A stretch of 63,992 bases of DNA, counting the filler, from Fonticula-like sp. SCN 57-25 (taxonomy: Eukaryota): NCBI GenBank assembly GCA_001724245.1. It is 8 parts of 8 records of this genome, joined end to end, with 100 filler letters (N's around TTAATTAATTAA, not from the genome) between each part and the next. Parts side by side here need not be neighbours in the genome. Positions count along the whole stretch, not along the records: positions 7,705 to 15,289 come from MEDX01000351.1; positions 15,390 to 22,972 come from MEDX01000352.1; positions 23,073 to 31,188 come from MEDX01000353.1; 5 more parts are not named here. One strand, written 5' to 3'. Of this stretch, positions 10,571 to 25,254 are shown piece after piece. Both the position numbers and the translations under genes were made by a program. Positions within the stretch are counted from its first letter, which is position 1; each line of letters opens with the position of its first letter. A model generated the notes under the pieces. That model did not search any database. It was not told where the DNA came from and saw nothing but the letters and a program-made list of their open reading frames with translations.

Positions 10571-12559
10571 TTACTTTGAGCGGCGCTTGGGGGCGGGCCG
10601 CTTCTTGGACGGGGTGGCCGAGGGAGGGGACGGGGTGAGAGGCCGGCCGGCGGGGCGGAGGACGCGCGGAGTCTTTGCCGCCGTCTGCGCCATGTCATTC
10701 TGGGAGGATGACATGTATGGGCCAGTGAGGATTGCCTAAAAGTAGATATAAGTAGCCTAAAGAGACATACAATGCACGTACCGATACGTTCGGAAGAGGC
10801 TGGCTATCAAAGAGACCATCGAGAAGCGATGACGGAAGCACATCTACACGTTGCACGTCCATCTCTGGCGGGGTCGCTGCCGGTGTAGGCGGCGCGGGAG
10901 ATATCGGGGAGATCAGTCCTTGTCCGCGCTCTGGCGAAGCACTGGGCGTGACCGCTGGAATCGTCGCTGGCTGCTCATCAGCGCGGCGTTCTGGCGGTGA
11001 GATGGATGGCGGAGTGGCGGGCTCATAGGAAGATTGGGGAATCGGCGTCTCGAGGAGCGAAGCGGGTGCTGCTTCGCGGCCTTGCGCTGTATAGGGCAAC
11101 TGCTTTTGCCGGACAATCTAAAGGGCGCGTTGATTAGATATCATGATCAGCGTGTTGCTTTGATACCTCGAGTAGCAAAGCCTGCTTTTCGCTCTCCAGC
11201 TTGCTTATCTCATCGTCCACGGTATCCACTGGTTCATCTAGCATCGTCGAGTCCTATCCAAAAGTAAGCGCAAGCAAATACATATGCCATACGAACGCAA
11301 AGAGACTTTAGAGGTGCCAGGGTATCGCGCGCGGTGGCGATAGAAGTCTGAATTTCATTGGCGACTTGTTGAACTGCTGCATCAACATTCTGAACGGCCG
11401 CCGTCACAATGTGATCGGTCGACGCGTCCATGCATGCGTCGATGCTCGCTCGCGTCGCATCAAGCCGCTCGGCAACTGAAGCTGTTGCGCGATCGATGAT
11501 AGAGGCATATGCGGCGTGGCTTTCGGCGTATTCGGCCTGGATGCCGCTCAAGCGAGCTTCTATCGCTCCACGCAGCTGCTCAATGGCGTTGACAGCGCTA
11601 TCCATCGTGACCGACATATCAGCGTCCGCTTGCTCGTTTGCAAGCGGCGCCCGCAGCTGTTCCAGAACTGCAGTGACCGCGCGCCAGCGAGCTATCCCTT
11701 GCTGGAGATCCTGAATAGCCTTCTCCGATAGCGCATTGGCGATCATAGTATCCATTGTTATAGCATGCTGAGGACCGGTCAGTACACAAAGATATATATT
11801 TTGGTTAATGCGCACCAGCTGTTCTTGGCTTGCATAGCAATCTGTGAGCATTTTATCAATCGGTTTACCTTTGGCGTTCTCCATCGCCTGCAGAGCGTCA
11901 CACATGGACCTGACTCTACGCGGGGGTTGGTAAAAGGTATATAAAGCCAGCAGCGCACCTCGCGTTCACGTCAAGGAGCAACTTTTTGTAGATTTCATCA
12001 TTGCGTTGACGTGCGTCTCTCACGCTTTGCAGCTCGACATCGATAGGGCCAATAATATCACTATCGATAGTGGCAGGCGCTTGTTCGGCAGGAGCAGCAG
12101 CAGGAAAAGACCCGTCCATTTCCTCGAGCAGCGCGTTGGCGTCGCTCAAAAGCTCATTAGTGCGCTCAAGCTCAGCCGCCCGGTCGGACAAATGCGTCTC
12201 GTGAATATCTGCCAAGGCCGCCGCCGATTCTCCTTCTTGCTCGACCGCCTGCGTCAAATGAACAACCCTGTCCACCGCAGCGCGCAAACTCACCAGCTCT
12301 GTGGAAAGGTTATCACAAATGAGTGAAAATACACTCGCCGCGTACGCTCTGTTACCGTTCGCTGTGCCGCGTGCGCTCGCTGGTCTACTGCTGCCGCCAG
12401 CTCGCGAGCCTCACTTTCATTAAAGTACGGCATCTGCTGCGAGAGCGCCTCAAGCCGTTCATGGAGCGAGCTGCATTCCGCGCCGACGGCGTGGGCCCGG
12501 CGCATCTCGAGCGCCGCCACAAGGCCATTCTCGCGCGCCTCGTCCGCCGCGTCGTTCAT
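10571..12559 (-). CDS. Uncharacterised multi-exon helical/coiled-coil protein with S/T-P-rich tail and C-terminal basic NLS
   Basis: Four consecutive minus-strand ORFs linked by GT-AG introns; last exon reads [22 protein letters not shown]. Confidence 0.6.
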
Positions 12560-12743
12560 GCCTTTGCTATTGCGCCAGCAGGGGGAGAAACACTATGGAC
12601 GCAAGTCGTATGCACATTTGGGTCGAGGTCAAAAACGAATTCAAATTGGGTCAAAGAGAAATTCAAATTGGGCAAAGGCAGAGAGTTTCATCAGCCACAG
12701 CAGCACTATACAGGCCAAGAAATGTACAGACAGTCTAAGGGAT

Positions 12744-15289
<2,546 letters not shown>

Positions 15290-15389
15290 NNNNNNNNNNN
15301 NNNNNNNNNNNNNNNNNNNNNNNNNNNNNNNNNTTAATTAATTAANNNNNNNNNNNNNNNNNNNNNNNNNNNNNNNNNNNNNNNNNNNN
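15290..15389. other. Artificial contig spacer
   Basis: N44-TTAATTAATTAA-N44. Confidence 0.98.
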
Positions 15390-16402
15390 TCGTGGTACGC
15401 CTCGTGCGTGAACAGGTGCACCTGCACGCCCACCTCCTCCACGAGGATGCGGTGCAGCTCGGCAAACTCGTTCAGCACCTTGCGCTGCAGCCGCAGGTTG
15501 TTCTCGTGCTCGGGCGAGGGCGACTGGATGGCGGCGGCGACCGCCTTGGCCTCCTCGTGAAGCAGCGTGCCGTCGGGATCGTGGATGTCGTTCATGAAAT
15601 GGTTGTCCTCGGCGGCCTGAGAGTTCTTGATGAAGGACGTCGGCGCGACCATGAGGACGTGGTTGGTGGACTGCTGCGGCATCAGCGGACGCGACAGCTT
15701 GAGCGCCATGTCCTCGGGATCCTTGGCGGGGATCACACTATAAGAAAGGATCAGCAAAAGGAAAGGAAAAGAAAAGGGCGCACCGGAAACCCTTGCTGTG
15801 AATGTAGCGCACAAACTCGACGTCGTGCGTGCGCAGGACATAGTTGCCCTCTTCATTGCGCACGTACTCGTTGACGAGCCGCCGGCTCCTGCTCTTCATC
15901 ACAGACTAGAAATGGCGTGAGCAATAAAAATGGGAGAAAGAAAGAAGCGCACCTCGAGAACGACGGTGGCGTCCTCGGACGCAAGCTGAAAGTACGAGCT
16001 CAGGAAGGGGCGCGACTCGTGAAAGTCAAAAATGTCGCGGACGTGGGCAATCGTGTCAGTCTTCCAGACGCCCTCAACCATCATGAGGTTGAATCCGGCC
16101 TCGTTCGAGTGCGTTCCGCAGCCGACAAGCCTAACAAAAATAGCCAAAATAGCAGTGAGAACGCAGTAAGAGAGGCGTAAAGCGGCCTGTGCGTACGTGA
16201 CGTCGGCGCTCGTGCACACAATGTCGCGCACGTCCAGCATGGCAAACTTTGCATGCTCGCCGCGGTTCTTGAGGGTGGTGAGCACCTCCTCCACGAGCTC
16301 TTTGTAGCGCTCCTCGCGGTTCTTTGCGTCGCTGAGGCGCATGCTGGCCGAGGCAGAGCGCCCCCGGAGCGCGAGGTAAGACGACGCAGGCGGGTCCGGC
16401 AT
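15390..16402 (-). CDS. Amidinotransferase/arginine-deiminase superfamily protein (CtlX-like domain) with N-terminal extension, 3' truncated
   Basis: QQSTNHVLMVAPTSF..N..AAEDNHFM and VLNEFAELHRIL...GVQVHLF resemble the start of CtlX-type amidinotransferases; several short introns. Confidence 0.72.
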
Positions 16403-16606
16403 GGTTTTGCTGCGCGATGAGGCGGCGGCGGTTTGACGGTGTGGGAACTGTTGATTTTTCGGCTTTTTTCTACCAATTGTATTGCGCCACGTCACAAAAG
16501 AACAGCAAAAGACTAGATGATGGCCGCGCAAAGTGCACCGCGGCCATTCGTACAAAACGAAACACAAAAGACACAGAAAGACGCGACAGGAGCAGGCAAA
16601 ATGTGC

Positions 16607-18406
16607 TTATTCCTCTACGTTGTCCTTCATTGCGGCCGGGCGCCTCGCGAACGCGCGGCGGATCGTGCGGCGGCGCTCCTCCCAGGTGCTGCGCAGACTC
16701 GACAGGATCTCTGGAAACAGCGTTAGTAGGTAAAAGAGTAAGAGGAGTGAGGAAAAGTAGAACAGAGACAAGACATAAACAGCAACAAAAAAGCGCGTAA
16801 AATGAGACGAACCGTCCAGCTTCTTTGTCTGTGCCTGATCGCCGACCGTCTTCTTGATCACGCCCCACCTCTCGCGGCAGCGGTCCGTCCCCCTGCACAT
16901 CTGTTAGAACAAGCACATGCATATTCACTAGACGCACCATGCCTGAAGTGGCCCCTTTGCCACCGTCGACCATTGAATATCGCGCTCGTCGTCGTACTCA
17001 AGCTCAATCAACCTGTATAACCAATGAGACTGCGGCCCAAATCATAGACATTATTCGTACCTGTCGAGCAGCGCAATGTCCTCGTGCGCCTCCCAAACCG
17101 GGTTCGCGTCCTTTTTGTGCTCGCGAATGCTCAAGTAAGTGTACCAGTGCGTGCGGCACTGGTGCGGCGAGCGCGTCTTGACGGCGCGCGAAACAACGTC
17201 CCACGGGATGTCGCTCTCTGGGATGGCGCCCTTGTTGCCGGTGGCGGCCACGATGGCATCGCGAAGCGCGTCATTCTCATGCTGAAGCCACTGACCTATG
17301 TCGGCAAAAGTCCACATATAACATGGTCAGCAGATGGTTAGCGTCAATGAAACACAGGACATTTTACTCGTACCGGACATGTGCTTGGTGGCGTTGATGT
17401 CGCGGAAGCGGTCGCGGCAGCTGGCGGGCATGCGCCCCATGGCGGCGCCAATCTTTGACCACGACGTACCGTGCTGCACGACGAGGCGCTTGAGCGTGTC
17501 GTCCTCGGCCGGCGAAAAGGCGCCCAGGTGGTTGCCGGGGTGGTGGATGCGCTTCAGGTGGCTGTACAGAGAGTGCATCGAGCGCTCCTTCATCTCGCCG
17601 GCGACAAAGTTCCAAAAGCCGCGGAAACGACCGTCCTTGTCCTCGGCTGAGCGGTCGCGGAAGAGGTACGAGCGGAGATCGTCCTCGGTCAGGCGGTTCG
17701 TTGAGAGGTACTCTTGCACGGTCTTTTCCAGGATCTCGTCCTCGCGCTGAGTAAACTTGCCGCGGCGGAGCTGAACGCCCTCCGTCTGCTCAAGAACGGA
17801 AATCTCGCCGGCATTGTGCCAGCGTGCAGACAGCTTCTCCTGCGACTGCACGTGCGCCTTGCGCGACTTGCCGGTTGTCGGCACCGATGCGGGGGCAGCT
17901 TGCGGCTCGTCGGGATGAAGCGACGGCGCGCTCAGCGGAGCGGCCGCGGGGACGGCGCCCGCCGAAGCAATGATGTGGTTAAGCAGATCGTTGCTGCCCA
18001 TCGTCATGGTCGGCTTGGCAGGGGACGGCGGCACGCCGGGCAGCGAGGGGGCCGGTGCAACGGCAGGCGCGGCGCGCGAGGGATCCTTACTCCTCTTGGA
18101 CGAAGCAGCGTCATTGTTATATTCCATAAACATATACTGCGAGGCGCCCTCTACCAGCCCGCTCGCTTCCGTCGGCGGCTTGGGCTTTTTGGCGCGTTTG
18201 ACAGCTGCATCTGGAGGGGCACTGCGCTTCTTGTGCTAGGCGCATGTCACGTTAGATACATGAAACGACGCGAGTGAGAGAAAATAGAAAAAAAAAAGTA
18301 ATTTAGACTGCTAACCAAAGGCAGCACTGTAGCGGAGTGCCCGTATACACAGGCAGCAAAAACGTGCGATGAAAGAGGCGCGTACCTTGGTCGCCGGATC
18401 TTCCAT
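16607..18406 (-). CDS. Myb-repeat DNA-binding protein, Reb1/TTF1/DMTF1-like
   Basis: RRGKFTQREDEIL, GAFSPAEDDTLKRLVVQHGTSWSKIGAAMGRMPASCRDRFR, IPWDVVSRAVKTRSPHQCRTHW; multi-exon, start codon approximate. Confidence 0.85.
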
Positions 18407-18517
18407 GGTGCCAGTCAAGTGCGAGTGGACCACCGTAACGATATTTGATCACTTTGGTCCCTTTTGAAGAGAATCTCGTGTTCACAGTGGACCAAAGTGA
18501 TACAATCGCTGAATGTG

Positions 18518-19841
18518 ATGCGGAGCGTGGCTGCATGGTGGCGGCTTGGCATCGCGTGCGGTCGATCGCTCGCGTCCGCGCCGGTTGCCGGCCCGCCCAC
18601 TCCCGAGGCGGTCTCTGTGCTTCTGCGAGAGGCCCAGTCGTCGGCCGATCAGCTGCGATCGGTCGCTGACTGGCAGGCGCTGCGTGCCGAGCTCGCTACG
18701 CTCGAGGGCCAGCTTGAGGCGCCCGATCTCTGGTCCAATGCCAAGCAGGCATCTGCGCTGTCCCGTCGCGCGGGCGAGCTCAAGGCAAAGCTCACCGAGA
18801 TGACCCGCCTTACAGCGTCCGTATCCGACTACAGCGAGCTCGCGAGCCTTGCGCTCGCCGATCGCGACGACGATCTTCTCGCCGAGGTTGCCGATGGCCT
18901 CTCCAAGCTTGTGACCGAGACCCAAGCCTGCGCCTTTCGCGGCTGCATGAGCGGCGACGCCGACCCGCTTGGCTGCTTTGTCGAGGTCCGGTCCGGCGCC
19001 GGCGGCGTCGAGAGCATGGACTGGACGCAGATGCTCGCGCGCATGTACAGCCGCTGGGCCGAGTCGCGCTCGTTCGAGGTCGAGCTTGCCGACTCGCAAG
19101 CTGGCGAGCAGGCCGGTCTTCGCCACGCCGTGCTGCAGCTGCGTGGCGCGTACGCGTACGGCTGGCTCAAGCACGAAGCCGGCGTGCACCGCCTCGTGCG
19201 CATGTCGCCGTTTGACGCGGCCGGCAAGCGCCACACGAGCTTTGCGAGCGTCAACGTGCAGCCGCTCATTGAAGAGTCGGGCGACCTCGAGCAGGAAATT
19301 GACCCCTCGCAGATACGAATTGACGTTTACCGCGCGTCGGGGGCGGGCGGGCAGCACGTCAACAAGACGGAAAGCGCAGTCCGCATCACTCACATCCCAA
19401 CTGGAATCGTCGTCACGGTACGTGATTTTATGTACAATTTGTATCTTTTTTTACAGTCAATATCGTGTACCTACCATACTTTTGTATTTGTACTCTATTA
19501 TCAACCTTGTTTTATCCACTTTAATCGACCTTTCACTGACGCTTTGATAGTGCCAAAATGACCGCTCTCAGCACCGAAATCGGCGCATCGCCATGGCGAT
19601 GCTTCGCGCGCGCCTCTACGAGCTCGAACAGGAAAAACAGCGCGCTCGCCTCGTCGCCCAGAACGCGGCGCTTCCTTCGACGTCGTTTGGGTCGCAGATC
19701 AGGAGCTACGTGATGCAGCCGTACCAGCTCGTAAAGGACAGCCGAACCGGCGTCGAGCATGGAAATCCAGAGGCGGTCCTCGATGGTGACCTAGACAGGT
19801 TTCTGCAGGCGGCGGTCTTTGCAAAGGGCGGCAAAGTATGA
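18518..19841 (+). CDS. prfB: Bacterial-type peptide chain release factor 2, predicted mitochondrial
   Basis: SPF motif (HRLVRMSPFD), GGQ motif (RASGAGGQHVN), FGSQIRSYV; Arg/Ala/Ser-rich N-terminal extension; one GT-AG intron at 19418-19550. Confidence 0.93.
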
Positions 19842-20006
19842 TGGATTAATTTTACTGTATATTATGCGTGTATATTACTAGAGATTAACAAGGTAGTAAA
19901 GTTGGCTCGAAAAACTTGGCTCAGATATGTCTATGAATGCGCTTGTATTATTATGGAAACATATATCAAATTTATCACTGTGCGCTATATAAAGGCATTC
20001 ACCCTG

Positions 20007-21928
20007 CTATACATGCTGATCTGCAATGATTCCGTCGACACCGAGCTGCAGCAGCAATTTCGTATTCTCCACGATATTGTTATCCTCACCCCACGTGAAC
20101 AGCATCAAGTTCTGCGTCTTGATATCCGAGATGAGCTGCCTCTCCGCGAGCAGCGGCTTGGCAAACGAGCAAATTCCGAGCAGCCCGAGGTCGCGGCAGT
20201 GTCCAATGGCCGCGGGGATCGACATGCACCTCACGTCAGTGTAGAGGCCATACCAGCTGTCGCCGGCGGTGGTGAGGAACATGACCGGGATGGCCGGCTG
20301 CTTGAGCTTGACGAGCGCGCAGACGTCCGGGTCAAAGCACGAGATGACGACGGGGCGCTTTCTCCTGTGCTGCATGATGACGCGCAGGATTGTATCGACG
20401 TACATGTTTCGGTCGGCGAACCCGTCGCGGTCGGCCTTGCCCGGCTTGTTGACCGGGAACTTGATCTCGACGTTGAAGCCGACGTGCTCGGGGATCTTTT
20501 CAAACACGTCCTCGAGCGTCGGGATGCGGCGCTCGAGCGCGCGGATCGTCTCGAACCAGCCGTACGTCGTCGTCGAGCAGCGCACGGGGCGCACATTGTG
20601 CGTCGAGCCCTCGCTGCGGCCGTACTCGAGGATGGACGCCATGTTGTGGCGGATGTACTCGGCGAGGCGGAGGCGCGGCTCGCTCGAAAAGTCGGTGCGG
20701 AGAAGGTGCAGCTGGGCGAGCGTGAGGTCCTTGACGGGCACGCGGATCGGGTCGAGGATGCGCGAGGCGCTGTTCTCGGCAAAGATGCGCGTGTTCCAGT
20801 TGTGGTAGATGATGGGGACGTGGTCCTTGGTGAGCATCACGTCAAACTCCACCATGTCAACAAGGCCCTGTGAGTGGGTTAGCAAATGAGGGAAAAAAGG
20901 ATAGTAGAGTAGGGTAGACATCAATGGCAAACAATGATACTCAATAACAACCAATGACATTCAATGATACACATCAACAATACTCAAGCTCATCAAAAAA
21001 TTATACGTACACGACGGGAAGCCTTGCGGAAGGATCCGATTGTGTTCTCGGTGATGGAAGCGCGGCGAAGACCAGGGGCCTTGCGCTGCGACGTGCCGCT
21101 TCCGCGGTGGCCGACCTTGAAGGTGCGGCCGTGGGCGTACGGGAAGAACGAGTTGCGGCCGGCCAGCGTGTTGAGCGGGTCGACGAACGGCATCGCGAGC
21201 AGGTAGCTGATCGTGAGCGCGCCGACGACGTGCAGCTCGCTGTGCGACAGGAGCGGGAGCTCCATCGAGCCGGCGCTGTTGACGAACTGGCGGACGCTGA
21301 CGGCGGCGTGGCAGAGGCCCACGCCCTCGACGGCAACGTCAAGGATAACGTGGCTCTTGTGCACGAGGTGGGCCGGGAAGCGCGACTTGAGCTGAAGAGG
21401 GCAGCCCTGAGTCCACTCGCCGTCGGCGTCTGACGCGGCGTTCATGTTGTTCATGCGAACGACGGTCTCGTTGGCGAGCACCATCTTGGCCGAGATGCGC
21501 GCGTGCGTAACTTCGCCGGCCGACGTGAGGACGATCGGGTGATGCTTGCTGCGGATACCAAAGCCGAGCTGGAGCTCAGCCTGCTCGTGCAGGAACGGCG
21601 CGCTGTGCTCAAAGATGAGGCGATCGACCGCGATGCGCACGACGGCGTTATCGTCGGCGGGCAGGACGGACTCGTGCAGGGGAAGGTGCGTTGACTCCCA
21701 GGCGCGGAGCGTCTTGGTGATCTTGCAGCGCGTAAAGAACGTGGCCTGCACGGTGAGGCCGGGGATCAGATCTGTGGCCGTGGCCGACCACACGCTGCGA
21801 TCGCCCTTGGTCAGCGGCAGCGCGGCGTTCAGATCCCAGTTACCGATCGCCGACATGTTGCCGACGACGCAAAGCTCGACGAGCGAATCATCCTCCTCAT
21901 ACACTGCCTCAAACAAAACATGGGGCAT
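20007..21928 (-). CDS. GPCPD1: Glycerophosphocholine phosphodiesterase with N-terminal CBM20-like domain (GPCPD1/GDE5-like)
   Basis: LCVVGNMSAIGNW (CBM20-like), VGHRGSG, ENTIGSF, VEFDVMLTKD, FNVEIKFP, TWGEDNN, GVDGIIAD. Confidence 0.88.
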
Positions 21929-22285
21929 TCGTTAAGCAAGTGGAGATCCGATCTACCACTTGGGCTAACGAGGGGGGCAACGGAGGGCCGGGCGGGCGCG
22001 CGAAGAGAAGCGAGTGACGTGACGCGCGGTCGACGAGAGCGACCTTGGACCCGCCAACGACGACCTGGCTCTGCGTGGTGCGTCATCCCTGCATTTTGAT
22101 TGGCTGTCGGACCCGATCGCAAATTGTCGTGTTCACGTGGCCAATTACACACGCGCTTTTTCCTTCTTTTATCACTTTTCGTTGCGGGAGGCACGCGGGT
22201 ACGTGCGGGGAGGAGAGGGTGAGCGCTTGCGTCATCGTTTGATCTGACACGGGGGCGTTCCCGTTGACTTGCAGGCGTTTCGACA

Positions 22286-22951
22286 ATGTCGGACGATAAG
22301 CTTACGCGTATCGCCATCGTGAACGAGGACCGATGCAAGCCAAAGAAGTGCCGCCAGGAATGCAAGAAGAGCTGCCCCGTGGTGCGCCTCGGAAAGCTCT
22401 GCATTGAGGTGCAGCCCACAGACAAGATCTCGGTCATCTCGGAGGAGCTCTGCATTGGTTGCGGTATTTGCGTCAAGGTGCGCAGGCTCCCTTTTTGTGC
22501 TTGGCTCGTTCGGCGGACTGACCGGAATCCCGCGCCAGAAATGCCCGTTCGAGGCTATTACCATTGTTAACCTTCCGACCAACCTGGAGAAGCAGACGAC
22601 TCACCGGTACAGCGCCAACTCGTTCAAGCTGCACCGGTACGGCGGAGCAACTAGTCGTATATGCTTGTTTTACTTATGCGCCACGTAGCCTGCCCACTCC
22701 CCGCCCTGGCCAGGTTCTCGGTCTCGTCGGCACCAACGGTATCGGCAAGAGCACGGCGCTCAAGATCCTAAGCGGTCGCCTGCGCCCCAACCTCGGTCGC
22801 TTCAGTGTACGGTCTTGCGTCGGGATCCGCGCTTGATTCTTACGTGTTGTGCAACTCGTAGTCCCCCCCCTCGTGGCCGGAGGTGATCCAGTACTTCCGC
22901 GGCTCTGAATTGCAAAACTACCTGCAGCGCGTGGTGGAGGACAACCTCAAG
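22286..22951 (+). CDS. ABCE1: ABCE1/Rli1 ribosome recycling ATPase, 5' part
   Basis: [51 protein letters not shown]; truncated at contig end. Confidence 0.97.
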
Positions 22952-22972
22952 GTACATTTTGCGCATATTTTT

Positions 22973-23072
22973 NNNNNNNNNNNNNNNNNNNNNNNNNNNN
23001 NNNNNNNNNNNNNNNNTTAATTAATTAANNNNNNNNNNNNNNNNNNNNNNNNNNNNNNNNNNNNNNNNNNNN
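22973..23072. other. Artificial contig spacer
   Basis: N44-TTAATTAATTAA-N44. Confidence 0.98.
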
Positions 23073-23796
23073 GAAGGATCAATCGCATGTCGCCAAGTTC
23101 GTCCAAATTGCAAGGGCGACATACAAGTATGACTTTGCAACAGCACAGGTGCTCTAGATCGAGCTCATGCGCTTGAGTGTCTTTCCGCCATGACCTTGAT
23201 GGCAACTTTGTAGGAACATTTGAATGACCATAATAAATACTATGATCTTGCTTTTTTTATCCTTCGTGTCTGCAATTTTGCGTTGTGCCGTCTGTCGGCG
23301 CTATGGCACTCGAATATACAGAGCGGAGCAAAAGTACGCTTACAAAAAAAGACCATCCAATGTTATGAATAGCAATTCACAACGATACGCACACAAAAAA
23401 GGCTACTTCATTCGATTTACGAAAGCAATGAGCAGGAGCTCACCGAGTCATCTCAGCACGAAATCAAACACAAGAGCCGTCCCGTTTCTAGCATGCAAAA
23501 CTGGTCTCAACCTCAACGCAAATTAAGTGCCGCCAAGGCAATAAGGTCCAAAATTCTTTGTTTCTAAGCAAGACCTGCAAGTGTGCTTGTCCTACATTGG
23601 CCTACACAGTCCGTCCGCGTCCTTGCTGCGTCCTCGCCACAGTGCGCCACAGCGCGCCACAGCAGTAACATTGCACTGTCAGCAAACAAAATCACAGGCA
23701 TGTCACAAGATTGTGGATTTTATCGTCTCTCGGTGAGACGTTTCCACCATCCTCAAGTGTGATACGGCGCTGGCCGACGGGGCCGAGTGGGAAGGG

Positions 23797-25099
23797 ATGG
23801 TGAGGGAGCAAGAGAGTGTGCGCGGCGTCGATTGAAGCGGTGAGCTATGTGGAGACGATTCGCCCCGCTTTGGTTCGCTACTCGATGGCGATGCTGTTGA
23901 GCGGGATGGGTTGCCGCTGGCATCCATCCAACCCGCGAATGGAGCCGGCGGGGCGACGCTCTGTCTCTACGGCGATCTCTCGCTCCTGCCGCACACTCTC
24001 GAGCGCTGGGGGATGTTGGTTTGTGTAGTCGTTTGACGTATTACTCTGGGTGTTGTGTTCCGCATCGGATGCACGGATGCGACGTGCATCCATCCAACCA
24101 ACCAACCTTTGGGCGTGTGCTAACATCCATCCGCGTAGCCTAAGGCTGCCGTTTCTGCTAAGCCCAAGGCGGCTTCGGCGCCGTACACCAAGAAGGCCCC
24201 CGCCAAGGCCGACAACCCGCTCTTTGAGAAGACTCCCAAGAACTTCGGCATTGGTGCGTTCGATCATCATCGGATGATGCTTTGAACACCGTTCACAGTT
24301 TACTGATGCGGCGATTGCGTGTTTCTTTTTTCGCTTTTTCGTTATTAGGCGGCAATGTGCAGCCTACGCGCGATCTTGGCCGCTATGTGAAGTGGCCCAA
24401 GTATGTGCGCATCCAGCGCCAGCGCAGCGTCCTTAAGGCCCGCCTAAAGGTGCCCCCGGCTCTCAACCAGTTCTCCAAGACGCTCGACAAGAACACTGGT
24501 GCGCACGCGCTTTTCTCTCGTTTTGAGGCGCTTTTGATCACTTGCTGATTTCGATTTGATGATTTTCAGCCGTGTCTCTTTTCAAGCTCTTGAACAAGTA
24601 CCGCCCGGAGACGACTGTTGAGAAGCGCGCTCGCCTCCACGCCGCTGCCCAGGCCAAGGCTGACGGCAAGCAGGTCGATGCTGGCAAGAAGCCCTTCGCC
24701 ATCAAGTACGGTCTTAACCACGTCACCGCCCTCATCGAGGCCAAGAAGGCTCAGCTTGTCATCATCCCCGACAACGTTGACCCCATTGAGCTCGTTGTCT
24801 GGCTCCCGGCCCTCTGCCGCAAGATGGACATCCCGTACGCCATCATCAACGACAAGGCCCGCCTCGGCGCCCTTGTGCACAAGAAGACTGCCGCTGCTAT
24901 CTGCATCACGGACGTCCGCCCGGAGGACAAGGCTGAGCTCGCCACGCTCACGACTGCCATCCGCTCCAAGTACAACGAGAAGGCCGACGAGATCCGCCGC
25001 ACGTGGGGCGGAGGTGTCCTTGGCTTCAAGTCGCAGATGGCCAAGACCCTCAAGGAGAAGGCCAAGGCGAAGGAGATTCAGCTTGAAGTTCGCGCCTAA
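23797..25099 (+). CDS. RPL7A: 60S ribosomal protein L7a (eL8)
   Basis: [45 protein letters not shown]; coding exons from 24140; the start exon (ATG|GTGAGG at 23797) is tentative. Confidence 0.93.
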
Positions 25100-25254
25100 A
25101 TCAAACTAATCTCATTTGTGTATGAAAGAATCCGGCTGTTTTACCTCTGTTGTTGCGGGAGTGGGGAGTCCACGTTGCATTCGAATCACAAAACAATGTT
25201 ACACAGATATTCACAGAAAAGCAGTCCTTGGTAGTACAAACATAATAATGGGTA

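Noticed and set aside
18518-18700. Programmed +1 frameshift typical of bacterial prfB
   Set aside because: The reading frame is continuous and no CTT-TGA slippery site is present near the 5' end
23073-23630. Short ORFs in AT-richer intergenic stretches (also 29044-29500 and 40650-41230)
   Set aside because: Lack the GC3 bias and motifs of real genes here; no transposase or terminal repeats seen
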